Positions 41,194 to 53,574 are shown, numbered from the stretch's first letter. The stretch is 64,000 nt of DNA from an uncultured Chthonomonadaceae bacterium (GCA_963817895.1 CAWFQB010000005.1:576001-640000), one strand, 5' to 3'. The notes: generated from the letters alone by a model not told the origin. A program made the numbers and translations.

Positions 41194-42120
41194 CGACTTT
41201 ATGCCGCTCATCGGCCTGCTGATGGAAGCCCTGCCGCATGAGGCCATGTCGCCGGAACTGTTCGCCCGCAAAGTTCTGCTCGACCCAAATTTCGACCCAA
41301 ACGGCGCGTTTGTAGCGCGTGGCCCCAACGGACTGGTCGGTTTTCTGCTGGCAATCACGCGCAAACGGCCTCTGGAAGACGGGCCAATCGGATACGGAAC
41401 GCGGCTGGATTACCCTGTTGGCGGTTACGCCCGCCGCGCAGAAACACGGAATCGGAACCGCGCTTCTCCATGCGGCGGAAACATGGCTGCGGCAACAGGG
41501 GCGAACCGAAGTCTGGGTTTCGCCCTACGCCCCGAACTACTGGACTCCCGGCGTGGATGAAAACGCTTGCCCACACGCCCTAGCTTTCCTCCAAAAACGC
41601 GGCTACGCGACCGCCTACCGCCCGCTGAGTATGGACGTGTCCCTTGCCGTCTGGCAGCCGCCCGCGTGGATCAATCAGCGCATGGCCGAAATGAGCCGCC
41701 AGAGATCTCGCCCTGAGTTACTTCTTCCCCGCCCACGCCGCGCAGGTGACGGACTTTCTACGCGCGGAATTTCCCGGTGACTGGCAGCGCTACGTCCGCG
41801 AAACAATGCTCGACATCACCACCGGCAAACGCCCTAAAGAGGAACTGCGCCTGCTGTTTGCCGGAGGACGCGCTGCCGGGAACGTGATCGGTTTCGCGCA
41901 ATCCGAAGGCGAACGTTTCGGCCCGTTCGGAGTTGCCCGCGACTGGCGCGGCAAAGGCCTAGGCGCGGCTCTGCTCTACGAAACGCTGGATGGGATGCGG
42001 CGGCGCGGCCTGCACAACGCCTGGTTCCTCTGGACGGACGACCGCACCGCCGAACGCCTGTACAAACCCGCCGGCTTCCGCGAAACCCGCCGCTATTCCG
42101 TGTTGAGAAAAACGTTGTAA
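41156..42120 (+). CDS. Tandem GNAT acetyltransferase; frameshifted
   Basis: V.PAAQKHGIGTALL and FGV..DWRGKGLGAALL acetyl-CoA motifs, LYKPAGF. Confidence 0.85.
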
Positions 42121-42297
42121 ACCGCGAAGGAACGAAGGGAGCAAAGAGAGGAATAAAAAGCATTCACCACGGATGAAACAGATAAACGCGGATCAAGCCA
42201 GAAACAGCCTCTTTATCCGTGTCAATCCGCATAATCCGTTACCTCCGTGGTAGGTTGTTGCCTCTTTTCTTTGCTGCCTTTGCGTCTTTGCGGTTCA
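42120..42297. repeat. Nested inverted pairs of 9-nt-periodic arrays
   Basis: Outer aaccgcgaaggaacgaagggagcaaag / cttgctgcctttgcgtctttgcggtt; inner ccacggatgaaacagataaacgcggat / atccgtgtcaatccgcataatccgttacctccgtgg. Confidence 0.65.
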
Positions 42298-42327
42298 ATT
42301 TCCGAATTGGTTCATCAGGAGAAATCT

Positions 42328-44566
42328 ATGCGTTCCATTGCCTTTGCTTTTATCGGCGGTTTAGGATTATTGGCAGCGGCTCATGCCCGCGTGTCGCCCG
42401 CCGAGGCTCCCGTGCGCCCGAATAAAGAGGAGCGCACCAGTTTTCAAACCCATGCGAAATGGGACCCGACCATTCAGATCGGTTCCGACGCGGCGATGTG
42501 TTACGGCATAGACGCCAGCATTGGGGAGCGAGTTGCGCAATGGAAGGCGCAGGGCTATATTCCGCAGGTGATGACGGGCGTGGCGTGGGGCGAGTATCAG
42601 GACTTTCTGTACGGGCGCTTTGACGGCGTAAACCATGTGGATGAGGCGCAAACGCAAAGCAACGGTGAAGTCATTGGACATGGCGGCGACGTGTACTACA
42701 TGTGTCCGAGCGAAAACTACGGCAAGTTTCTGTCCGTTGGCGTGAAGCGGGCCATTGATGCGGGAGCCGAGGCCGTTTATCTGGAAGAGCCGGAATTCTG
42801 GGTGCGGGCGGGGTATTCTGCCGGTTTCAAGCGCGAGTGGAAGGCGTACTATCACGAGGATTGGCAGCCGCCCCATGCCAGCCCGGACGCGCAGTTTCGC
42901 GCTTCGGAGTTGAAATATTATCTGTACCGCCGCGCCCTGAAGCAAATTTTCGATTTTGTTCACGATTACAACCGGCAAACGGGCAAGCATGTGCGCTGCT
43001 ACGTGCCGACTCACAGCCTGATAAACTACGCGCAGTGGAACATCGTCAGCCCCGAAAGCAGCCTGCTGCAAGTGGGCGCGGACGGTTTTATCGCGCAAGT
43101 CTGGACGGGAACCGCCCGAACGCCCAACATGTATCAGGGCAACCTGCGTTCGCGGACGTTTGAAACCGCGTTTCTGGAATACGGCGCGATGATGAACGTG
43201 GTGCGGGCAACGAAGGGGCGCATGTGGTTCCTCAACGACCCCATTGAAGACAATCCCGACCACAGCTGGACGGACTATCGAACGAATTGGGAGAGTACGC
43301 TCACGGCTTCCCTGCTCTGGCCGCAGGTGTCCGATTACGAAGTGATGCCCTGGCCGGAACGTATTTTCGGAGGCAAATACCCGACCGTCGAGCGTTCGCA
43401 GCGCAAGCCGGGGGAACCCGAAGTCCGCGTCGGCCTTCCTCCCGCGTATGGCACGGAGTTGATGGCGGTTCTCAACGCGCTCAACGACATGGATCAGAAA
43501 AAGGTTTCGTGGGATAGCGGCACGCGCGGCATCGGCGTCATCGTTTCCGATACCATGATGTTTCAGCGGGGCGGGCCGATCTCACTCCGATGAACACCTG
43601 AGTTCGTTTTATGGCCTCGTCCTGCCCCTCGTCAAGCACGGTATGCCCGTGGAACCCGTGCAATTGGAAAACGCCACCCTCCCCAACGCCCTTGCGCCCT
43701 ACAAAATCCTGCTTCTGACGTATGAGGGCATGAAGCCCATGACGCCGGATGTGCATACCGCAATCGCGAAATGGGTACGGGCGGGCGGCGTCCTGATTGT
43801 CGCGGATGATGAGCGCGACCCCTACAACAGTGTCCGTTCGTGGTGGAACACGGCCCCGATGCAGTACAAAACGCCCCTGCGCCATCTTTACGAAACGCTC
43901 GGCAAGCCGGACAAAACCACGACAAAACCATTAACCACGGGGAACACGGGGGACACGGGGAGTCAACGGGGGCAATCAGAGGAGGGGCGTTATGGGAAGG
44001 GGACGGTGTTTACGTATGCTGTCAGTCCTGCTACTCTTGCCGGTATGAATAACGGGGGAGATATTGTGCGGGCATGGGCGAAGCAAGCCTGTCAAACAGC
44101 GAAGCTGGCGTATCGCGAAACCAACTACCTTGTGCTGCGGCGCGGCCCCTACATCGTTGCGGCAGGTCTGGATAAATCGCTGGCGGACGCGCCCCACGAA
44201 CTGCGCGGGCGTTTCCTCGACCTGTTCGACGCCGATCTGCCCATCCGCAACAGCATTACCCTGACTCCCGGCAGCCGTCATCTGCTGGTTGACCTCGATG
44301 CCCTTCCCGGCAAAGGTTCGCAGGTACTCGCGGGAGCCTGCCGCATCACGGACGTTCGCGCAACGCAAACCAGCCTGCGCTTCCACGCCGTCGCCCCCGA
44401 CAAAATCAACGCGGCTGTCCGCGTCCGCCTGCCTCAACCCGCCAAAACCGTTACGATTGACAGTCAGCCGCTTCCCGCCGACGCGCAGCAATGGGACGCG
44501 AATACGCAAACCCTCCTCCTCCGCTTCCCCAACGCCGCGCAGGGCCACGACATTCAAATCCAATGA
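42328..44566 (+). CDS. Exported glycoside-hydrolase-like protein (TIM barrel plus GH42-trimerisation-like domain); one frameshift near 43580
   Basis: Signal peptide, YLEEPEFW, aromatic-rich barrel, AIAKWVRAGGVLI; family uncertain. Confidence 0.6.
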
Positions 44567-44601
44567 CCGCTGTGTTATAATGAGAACAGGAGGCAAACGG
44601 C

Positions 44602-44886
44602 ATGAACCTGATGGCAGACGAAGGTAAGGCAAAAGCGATGGCAACAGCAACATGGAAACCGGAGTATACGACTCGCGCCCAACAAATATGGGAGAATTAT
44701 CAGCGGCAACATGACCTTTCCGACCGGCAGGGCAAAGTGGTCGCTATTGACCCGCAGAGTGAACGTGTCTGGATTGGCAATTCCGGGGTGGATGTCGCCC
44801 AACAGATGCAAGCCGAAGGAGTAGACGCGCCGGTATACCTGATTCGCGTGGGTTCGGACCAATTTTTACAGAAAGGACGCCGGTGA
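44602..44886 (+). CDS. Small hypothetical protein of the type found upstream of clan AA proteases
   Basis: RAQQIWE...GKVVAIDPQS...VYLIRVG; GTGA overlap with the next gene. Confidence 0.7.
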   Translation: MNLMADEGKAKAMATATWKPEYTTRAQQIWENYQRQHDLSDRQGKVVAIDPQSERVWIGNSGVDVAQQMQAEGVDAPVYLIRVGSDQFLQKGRR

Positions 44887-45237
44887 TTGACGGTATTGTA
44901 GATGAAAAAAGGGCTTCCTGTTGTCACCCTGTTAATTGCAGGGCAAGAGTGGAAAGCAACCATTGATACAGGCTTTAATGGTGATCTGGAGTTGCCGTAT
45001 GCGCTTGGCCCGCATGTGAATGCGCGGTTCTTTGGCCGGGGGCTGTCACATCTGGCAGGAGGGCAAAGCCTTGAGGAAGAACACTATCTCGTGGACTTTC
45101 CATTCGATGGCAGGGTCATTCGCGCCCTCGCTACATTTGTCACCGGTGGCGAAATTCTGATAGGAACGCATCTTCTGGCTGACTACCGCCTTCTAATTGA
45201 CTTCCCGGCTGCGGAAGTAAAGCTGGAGCGGGACTAA
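44883..45237 (+). CDS. Clan AA (retropepsin-like) aspartic protease; apparent +1 in the A6 run near the start
   Basis: ATIDTGFNGDLELP, LAGG flap, ILIGTHLL. Confidence 0.82.
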
Positions 45238-45276
45238 CAATATACTCCTTGTGTTAAACGGAATGACGAGACAAAT

Positions 45277-45513
45277 ATGGATACCTCACTCATCCAATCG
45301 CATCCACAAATCATGATGGGGAAGCCCGTCATTGCGGGTACGCGCGTCACGGTTGAATCTATTTTGGAGAGATTAGGCGCGAACGAAACCCCTGAACAAA
45401 TCGTTGCCGCCAATCCGCGTCTCGCAATTGAGGCGGTTTTGGCTTCGGTCACATTCACCGCTCAAGCATTACGCGCCGATGTCATTTATCCTCTGGTTGA
45501 GCAAGCGGCATGA
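45277..45513 (+). CDS. DUF433 antitoxin-like protein
   Basis: I.S.PQIMMGKPVIAGTRVTVESIL. Confidence 0.92.
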   Translation: MDTSLIQSHPQIMMGKPVIAGTRVTVESILERLGANETPEQIVAANPRLAIEAVLASVTFTAQALRADVIYPLVEQAA

Positions 45514-45564
45514 ACCTACTGGCAGATGAACAAAATCCGGCTACTGGCAAACATGAGGGGAGTT

Positions 45565-46089
45565 ATGAAACAACCCGAGGATAATCCTTCATCCGTCATT
45601 AAGGCCATAAAGCGTCAACTCGCTACACAGGACGCGCATTTGCTTCCGCCGTTGCCAGAAGAAGAGGTGGAAGCCTTTGAGACACAGTTTCAAATTCGCC
45701 TGCCCGAATCGTACCGACGTTTTCTCTTAGAGATCGGGGACGCAGGCGATGGGCCACCCGACTACGGCCTTTTGCCTCTCGCTCGAACAGTACAGACCTA
45801 TGATGGTAAAATATTACATCCACAGAAACCATTTCCGTTGGCTGCCTACTGGGTATGGGAGGATGACGAGGAGGTAGACGAGCAGTTACTCGGTTCCGTT
45901 TTCGCGGATGGGCATCTTTATCTTGGCACGGACGGATGCGGGCAGGATTGGGTTCTAATTGTGAGTGGCGAGGAGCGTGGCAATATCTGGCAAATAGCAG
46001 GTGTTGGAGCGCAGCCATGCGTACCCCGCCGCGATTTTCTGAGTTGGTATCAGTATTGGTTACTTGGCGGGAAAATTGTTTTAATGTAG
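45565..46089 (+). CDS. SMI1/KNR4 (SUKH) immunity-type protein
   Basis: EEEVEAFE....IRLPESYRRFL..IGD.G.GP.YGL, DGCG...LIVSGEERGNIW, FLSWY..W. Confidence 0.85.
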   Translation: MKQPEDNPSSVIKAIKRQLATQDAHLLPPLPEEEVEAFETQFQIRLPESYRRFLLEIGDAGDGPPDYGLLPLARTVQTYDGKILHPQKPFPLAAYWVWEDDEEVDEQLLGSVFADGHLYLGTDGCGQDWVLIVSGEERGNIWQIAGVGAQPCVPRRDFLSWYQYWLLGGKIVLM

Positions 46090-46181
46090 GTGAAAACGGA
46101 GCGTAAAGCGGCTGCCTCTCCCTTCCGTATTTTGATGAAGTAAACGGTTTCGTGATATACTGTATGCGGAGGCAAGCAACA

Positions 46182-46370
46182 ATGAGTGAACTGACCCTTT
46201 CTCAATCCCTTTCCGAAACCGACGAGAACTATGAACAGGCAATAGAGGAGTGCTGGACGGAACTCCAAACCCTCCGTAAACAGATTGATGCCGACCAGGT
46301 TGAAATAGAGCGTCTTCAAGCCGAAACCAGCGTGATGCTCAAAGAGTTGAAAGCGATGGTAGGTGTCTGA
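46182..46370 (+). CDS. Small coiled-coil hypothetical protein
   Basis: RBS GGAGG, heptad pattern, TGATG-coupled to the next ORF. Confidence 0.6.
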   Translation: MSELTLSQSLSETDENYEQAIEECWTELQTLRKQIDADQVEIERLQAETSVMLKELKAMVGV

Positions 46371-46708
46371 TGCCATCCGCTTTTGATTTTGCGAAACAAA
46401 CCGTATTTTTGGCGCGAGACGTTCAGCAGTGTAAGACAGACATCAAGACTCTGCAACAAGAAATACGAGACTTGACGGCAGTGGTTCAACATCTGGCCCA
46501 CACTGTTGAACGCAACGCGGACAAGGAGGGACATGAGCGTGAGAAGTTACTGCTTCGTCTGGAACTCCTGCTGCGTTCGGAACGAAGCCTTCTTCCTGCG
46601 CCTGCACCCGCAGAAAACGAGAAGGATGCTCAAATAGAAGCCTTACTGCGTGAAAATGAGGCGCTGAAAAAGCGTGTAGCAGAGTTCGAGCAACAGAACC
46701 AGAAGTAG
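46370..46708 (+). CDS. Coiled-coil hypothetical protein
   Basis: Heptad-rich 112-aa ORF coupled to the upstream gene. Confidence 0.65.
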   Translation: MPSAFDFAKQTVFLARDVQQCKTDIKTLQQEIRDLTAVVQHLAHTVERNADKEGHEREKLLLRLELLLRSERSLLPAPAPAENEKDAQIEALLRENEALKKRVAEFEQQNQK

Positions 46709-46800
46709 CAACGCTTTCGTGTGCCTTGCGCCGCTTTCAGCGATTTACAACGGCTATGGCGTAATGAAGAGAGGCTTCGTAATGGCGGGTTGGAGGTGGT

Positions 46801-47367
46801 ATGTGGCTGGTGGACATTACAGGCAGGAACGCTGAAGGCGCGGGACTGTGGCACTACGCTGCGCAGGAGGACGACGCTTTACTGGCCTGCGACATCCGCA
46901 ACCCGCGCTGGCACTTTCGATGGGACGGGCAGGAATGGCAGGAAGCGACTACCAGCGTACCCGGCATTGCCGTCAGGAAGTGGCACGACAGCGAGGCATT
47001 GCGGGAACTGAGCCGTTTGCCGCAACATCGTCGTTGCGTTCGCTGCTGGCGTACCATCGAAAAGGAAATCGCCCGCCGGGAACATGAGGCGTTGGTATCT
47101 TCCATGCTGGCGGCAGGCAAACCCGAAGTGACAGCGGACTGTCTTGTAACAATCCGCAATGTAGCCGACGGCGAGGAGATAGCCTGCTGCTTTCAGCCGT
47201 CTGCGGATTTGCCTGAAGAGGTCTGTGTGTGCAGTCCAACATCACCGTTGAGCGGAGCGCTGTTAGGGCGGTTCGTGGGCGAAGAGGTAGCCGTAATTTT
47301 GCCGCAAGGCCGAACGCTGTACGCCATCGTTCAAGCCGAACCGCTAAGAACATCGCGCATAGAATGA
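46801..47367 (+). CDS. Protein with GreA/GreB C-terminal domain
   Basis: SPTSPLSGALLGRFVGEEVAV.LP.G; novel Trp-rich N-terminus; RBS GGAGG. Confidence 0.6.
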   Translation: MWLVDITGRNAEGAGLWHYAAQEDDALLACDIRNPRWHFRWDGQEWQEATTSVPGIAVRKWHDSEALRELSRLPQHRRCVRCWRTIEKEIARREHEALVSSMLAAGKPEVTADCLVTIRNVADGEEIACCFQPSADLPEEVCVCSPTSPLSGALLGRFVGEEVAVILPQGRTLYAIVQAEPLRTSRIE

Positions 47368-47600
47368 ACCGCGAAACACGCGAAACAAACGAAAAAAGGA
47401 AAAGACAAACCACGGATCAGAACAACAGAGGGGCAAGTCTTTCCCTTGTATAATCTTGTTCAATCCTGAAATTCCTGTTAATCCTGTCTATTTCCTCTTG
47501 TTCTCCTTTTGTCCTTTTTCGTTTATTTCGTGTGTTTCGCGGTTCCCCTTCCTCTTTTCTCTTGTCTTTCTTGGTGTTCTTGGCGTCTTGGTGGTTCAAA
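47365..47600. repeat. Composite 9-nt-periodic inverted-repeat region between convergent genes
   Basis: gaaccgcgaaacacgcgaaacaaacgaaaa / ttttcgtttatttcgtgtgtttcgcggttc, plus cttggtgttcttggcgtcttggtggtt arm. Confidence 0.75.
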
Positions 47601-47605
47601 CTCCC

Positions 47606-50600
47606 CTACGCCGTTTTCGTTTCCACTCGCGCCGTACCCGTCCGCTCGAATTTGTTCCAGCCGACCGCGCTTCCCCGCAACGCCGACCACAACGCTCGCA
47701 GGACGACGTAGTACATCAACTGCCGGTACACGAACCGCTGCCAGAACAGCCAGTACAGCAGGCGCAGGTTGCCCCGTTCCATGCGCAGGGCGATCAGCGC
47801 ACCCGTGAACTCCAGCGCGAACATGGCAAGGTAGAACTGCCCGAACTGCACCCAACTTCCCGTGAACAGCGACCAGACCATGGCGATGTCCATGAACGGC
47901 GAAATGGCCGGGAACAGAATTTGATATATCCACAGGGAGGGCAGGGCCAGCCAGCCGAACGCGCCGTGCTGTCCCAGCGCGGCCCGGTGCTTCCACAGGC
48001 ATTGCAGGGTTCCGAACGCCCACCGGAACCGCTGCTTCGCCAGATTCTTCAGCGATTCGGGCGCTTCCGTGTACGCCATCGCCGTGTTGTCGTTGACAAT
48101 GCGCCAGCCGGAACGCCGCAGTTTCCATGTCAGGTCGGTATCTTCGGCAAGCGTGTCGTGCGTGTAGCCGCCAACCGCGAGCACCGCGTTGCGCCGCATG
48201 GCCCCCACCGCGCCGGGTACAACCGTGATGCAGTTGAGCAGGTCGTAGCCTCGCCGGTCGAAGTTCTGGCTTGTGGTGTATTCAATCGCCTGCCAGCGCG
48301 TCCAGATGTTGGTGGTATTGCCCACGCGCACGTTGCCCGATACCGCGCCCACTTTCGGGTCGGCAAAATGCCGCGCCAATCGCCCGATGGTGTCCGCCGT
48401 GAACAGCGTGTCCGCGTCCAGCGACACCATGATGTCGCCCGTCGCGACCGTCAGCCCCTGATTTAAGCGCGGACGCTTTGCCGCCGTTGGGCTTGCGAAT
48501 CAGTTTCACCAGCGGATTATCGGCGAACAGGGTTTCCACCACTTCACTGGTGTTGTCCTTGCTGCCGTCGTCCACCACGATGATTTCCAGATTCGGGTAG
48601 CCGCTGTCCGAGCAGCGCCTGTATCGTGCGGGCAATCACCTTTCCCTCGTTATACGCCGCGATAATCACCGATACGGACGGCGTAAATCCGACCGGAAAC
48701 ACGCGCCTCTTTTCCCGCTGTCGCTGTATCAGGGCCAGCACCACAAACAGCAGCACGCGCGACATTCCCAAGACAATAGACAGCACGAACAGGGTAGTCA
48801 GCGTCGCTGAAACAGGTACGCCGCCTCAAATGTCACGCGGTCGCTGCCGGCAAGGTAAATGTCTTTGCCCGTGATCGTCGGCATCAGCTTTGCGCGGCGG
48901 AATGCCGCTTAATTGCGACACAGAAATGAACTTATAGCCTTCGCGCCCGCAACTTCTCAATAATTTGCGGCAAAGCGCGGCAACGGTATGGCTGCGGTCG
49001 CCGCCCGCGTCGTGCAGCAGAACGATGCTGCCCTGATCTTTTTCCGCCAGAACGCCGTTGACAATATCCTGCGGGGTTTTGGGCTGCAGTTAGTCCGGCG
49101 CTTCCGTACCCGGCTTGAACCAGTCAGCGCCCAATCCTGCGGGTCAATCTTCTGCCCGACCGTGATGTAGTTCATCTGCGCGGCCAGGTCGAGCGGGCGC
49201 ACTTCCTTGCCCGTCGTCGGCTCCACGTCGTTGCCATACGGCGGGCGCAACAGCGTCGTGGAATGTCCCGTCAATGCCTGAATCACGCGCTCGGTTGCCG
49301 TCAGTTCGTACCGCTGATGCGTAGGCGACAGTTCGGCCATGTCCCGGTGATCCCACGTATGGTTGCCGATCTCATGCCCCTCATCGTACATGCGGCGCAC
49401 CAGGTTCGGGTTCGCTTCCGCCTGCTTGCCGACGATGAAAGAACACGGCGGGCACGTGGTACCGCTTCAGAATGTCGAGAATCTGCGGCGTGTAGGTCGG
49501 GTCGGGGCCATCGTCGAACGTCAGCACGATCTGCTTGTTCGGGTTGCCCGTCTTGCCGCCGTACCGCCGCACGATATAGGAGGAGGGGATCAGCGGGCGG
49601 CTTGGTTGTCGGGTCAATCTTGTACGTTTCCGCCGTAATCAAGCCCGTTTTCGGGATCATGGGTCAGAGTCCGCTGGCCGCTCGTCGGCTCGCGCGACGG
49701 GTTGCAGCAGTTCGCCCTCGGCGGTAAAATCAATTTCGCCCGTTCCGCCATACGAGATGGTGTCCAGCGCGTTGCCCGCGACGATTTTCGCCCAGTCCGC
49801 CTTCCACGCATTCTTGTCGTAGTAGTTCCAGATGGTCGGGTCTTCCGCGCCCAGCATCCACAGCGCCGCGCCCCGAATGTCATGCGGGCGGGCAATCTGC
49901 AACTGATTGTAAACGCTCACCGCGTCCTGCATCCAGACAGTATGTTCCTGCATATGCGATTGGCCGTTCTGTGTCAAGCGTATCCTCGGAATAGGTAAAG
50001 GTCGGATTCAGACTGGCCGGGTCAAGCCGAATCAGGCCGTCCTGCCCCTTGCCGTCATACGATTCTTTTGCCGTGACTACTGCCGTCTGATAGCGCAGCG
50101 ACTCGGCTCCCGCCACGCCCTTTGTCCAGTCGTAGCCCTGCTGCCCCACCGCCATGACGATTTTTTGCGGGTCTACCTGTTTGAGCAGGTGATTCAGATG
50201 CGTCCGCGTCCAATCCACGCCCGCCACCGGCGCCCGGCCCGCTGCTGGCCTCATGCTCATCGTAGAACATGGGAACGAGCCAGTCGTTCCACTTTGCCAG
50301 TTGGGGAAGATCGAAGGCCTCGCTTTCCAACTGCACGTCCTGCGTGACCAGCAGGCCGGCGGGATGCAGCGCGGCGTACAATTCGCGCATGAACAGCGTC
50401 AGATTGTCCTGGTCCGCTTCGGCCACTTCCTCGAAATCAATGTTGACACCCTGCAGTTTGTTGGCAAGCAGCCAGTCGCGCAGGCTGCCGGCGAAATTGC
50501 GGCGGGCAGTCGGGTTCGGCCACAAGGGCGTGAACCGCGTCCGTGTCCCATTTGCCCTCGCCCTCCTCCTGATTTTTGGGCCGCGTGTAGTTGTTCAGCA

Positions 50601-51344
50601 GAACCACGATCGGCACGCCGTTGCTGTGCGCCAGATTGACGACATCGGTTTTGTCCTTCTCGTCCCGCGTATCCAGAAACGGCAGGTTCTTCGGGTCCGC
50701 GCTGACCGCATCCGCCCCGCCCTGCTTCAAGATGCAGCCATTCCGGGATGAAATGCGTCAGATGCGCCATATTGCGCTGCGCCGACGCCCACGACGTCTC
50801 TTCCCAATTCACATAAAACGCGGCGACGACAGGGTCAGAGGTATGAGCATGGATGATGGTGGATGGAGAAATTCTCGCCTCTTGTTCTCCTTCTTTTCCT
50901 TCTCTTTCTTTCCTTCCCGATTGCCAACGGTTTCTCCCTATCTGTCATGCCTGCGGCACTGAATACGGCCATTGCATGCAGGAACGCCTGGGCGCGGCGG
51001 GCGTTTTCTGCGGCTTTGCTGCTGTTCGCGGCGCGTGTAGGCTTCCAGTTTCTGGCGGTCACGGACAAATTTCTGCCCCAACTGCCGCCGCTGTAAGCGC
51101 GTCAGGGGAGGATTCGTCTGTATCAGTTTCGGGACGCATTTCAAAGTGTGACAGAATAGGGTCTTGATTGCCCAGATCGCGCACGGCGGTGGCGCGGGGC
51201 AGCGGATTGCGCGGCAACAGGGCAGGCGCAACAATGCTGACGACCAGAGTCACCGCCGCCATAATGCCACCAGCAGACTGACAACCAGCAAACCGCTTCA
51301 GCCGGGGCCAGCGCACGTTGCTGCTCATCGTAGAAAACAGGCAA
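47606..51344 (-). CDS. GH18 - polysaccharide deacetylase - GT2 (PgaC-like) fusion; many frameshifts
   Basis: GVNIDFE and MFYDEH (GH18); LTFDDGP, GHEIGNHT, RPPYG (CE4); IAAYNE, VDDGSKD, DAD, LAED, QRFRW (GT2). Confidence 0.88.
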
Positions 51345-51352
51345 AGTGGGAA

Positions 51353-51468
51353 GGGATGAAGGATGAAGGATGAAGGATGAATCTCACTTATCTCTTCACC
51401 TGCATTTTCTATCCTCCTTCTATTCCTGTTCTCTAAATTCATCCTTCATCCTTCATCCCTCATCCTTC
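51353..51468. repeat. Inverted pair of (GGATGAA)n heptamer arrays
   Basis: gggatgaaggatgaaggatgaaggatgaa ... ttcatccttcatccttcatccctcatcctt. Confidence 0.85.
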
Positions 51469-52389
51469 ACTTACACGTCGCTTCCAAATGCTGTACCATT
51501 TCGCAGACGGTGACGAATTTGTATCCCTGCTGCCGCAGTTGCGCGACCAGGTCGGGTAACATCTGAAATGTTTGCTCCACGCCGTCGTGCAGCAAAATCG
51601 TGGCGCCGGGCCGAACATGCCTGAGCAATTTTTGCTCAATCACGTCCGCGCCCGGATTGGCGTAGTCGGCGGGATCGTCCGTCCATAAAATCGTACTCAT
51701 GCCCAATCGGTGCGCGATTTCCACCACTTCGCCGTTGCGCTGTCCGCCCGGCGGGCGGAAAAACAGCGGCTCCTTGCCCGCAGGCGCGGCGAATGGCGTC
51801 GTTGTCCAGTCGGATTTCGTTTTCCACCAGTCCGTAGGGCAGGGTTTTCAGGTTTACATGATGATACGTATGATTGGCGACCTCATGTTTCTCCGCCACC
51901 ATGCGCGCCAGAATTTCCGGCGCGGCATCCACTTTGCGCCCGACCACGAAAAACGTGGCCTGCACGTTCAATTGCTTGAGCAAGTCCAGCAGGCGTTCCG
52001 TAAACGGCGGATGCGGCCCATCGTCGAACGTCAGCGCGACTTCTTTGCGAGTTTTCGTCGCCGCGCACCAACTGCACGACGGAAAGCCCATGCTGTTTGT
52101 CGCCCGCAACGACATTGACCATCGCGAAGCCGCCCAATGCGTCCGGCTTGTCCCCCGGCGCGTGTTGTTCCCATGGAAACGGATGCTGCGCGTCGTTCGC
52201 GGGATACTCATGCGGCGTTTCCGCTTGCTTTCGGCAGCGCCTGTACCCGGATTATCGGCACATGCGTCTTGGAAGATTTTGCCGCGAATTTGTTCTGCGC
52301 GGCGACATGCGGAACGCCGCGCAAACCGCCAACAATATTGCCAGAGGAATCGCCTTTGTGGCAGCGTATTTCAGATGTGTTGTGTTCAC
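51467..52389 (-). CDS. Polysaccharide deacetylase (CE4); frameshifted
   Basis: VALTFDDGPHP, HEVANHTYHH, ILLHDG, GYKFVTV. Confidence 0.88.
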
Positions 52390-52687
52390 TTTTCTCCGTG
52401 AGTATCGCGCATGGCTCTTTACTTTGGGCGTAATTTCCGCTATACGCAATTTGCATAGGACGTTTCGCCCGAACCAATGGTATCATTATACTGCACGAAC
52501 GCGCTGGCGCGGCTGTGACAGTCAACCAAAATCAGACGAATTACCGGAATTATTGCAATACAAATTTAGTATCAGCGCATGAAGACTGTAAGCCTTAGAA
52601 GCAGGAATTCAGCGGCATGCGCTAGTCCAGGCTTTTTTGGAGAAGTTGAGGATAGCAGCACAATTTTCAGGAAGTATATACGCGGTC

Positions 52688-53517
52688 ATGTGGGGCCGAA
52701 GCGAATTACATACGCCTGCAGCGGCAATGCTCGCGAATTGCCGGCGCTGCTTTGCGCTGGCCGCTGCTCCGGCCGTACGGCGATGTTCCGGCAGAATCCG
52801 CCGCGATAGCTGTCGGGTCGACATTCACGATGCCGCCGCGCTTGCCGACCTGACAACCAAACTCACGGATTTACAGGCGACAATGCGCGATCCAAAAGAG
52901 CGACACGAAGGAACTGGAAAAGATCGGCGGCGACTTTTCCGCGCTCCTACCAGTTTCAGGGCATGCTGCGCACCGTCACGCTGGAATACAAGCAGCCGGA
53001 CAAACTGCCGACTTTCCGGCAAAAGGACTGCTCGGCAAAGCCTCCATCATGATGAACGGCCCCTGCGCCTTTCGCGCGTTCCGCTGCATGCCAAAAAAGG
53101 TGGAGGATTTGACGGACATCGCCCGGCAAACGGCAATCCCTTCTGGAATACGGCGGCCTGCTCGCGCCGGAAACGCTGACCTTCATGCAGGGCAAATTCG
53201 TGCGGCGAAGAGACGGTTGACGAGCAGCCGACTTCGGTTTTCGACCTGACGTACAAGGGCGCGACAGGCGGCTCGCATTACCGCGTCTGGTTCGACCCCA
53301 AAACGCGCCTGACTATGAAACGGGAATGGTACGGCATGGAAGGCAAGCTGAAAGCCACGTTCTATTACCAGAATCCGAAAGAGGTTGCCAGCGGCATCTG
53401 GCTGCCCACCAGGTGGAAGTGAAAAACGCGGAAGGCGTCAGCGCGGCCATCACCACCCTGGACGACGTGAAAGTCAATCAGGGGCTTTCCGACGACCTGT
53501 TCGCCATTCCACGCTGA
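52688..53517 (+). CDS. LolA-like lipoprotein carrier/sorting-fold protein; heavily frameshifted
   Basis: Fragments: signal-like N-terminus, YKQPDK, HYRVWFDPKTRL..KREWY, KVNQGLSDDLF. Confidence 0.55.
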
Positions 53518-53574
53518 AAGCAAAGGATGAAGGATGAAGGATGAAGGGCAAAGATATGATATACGATCGAGCTC

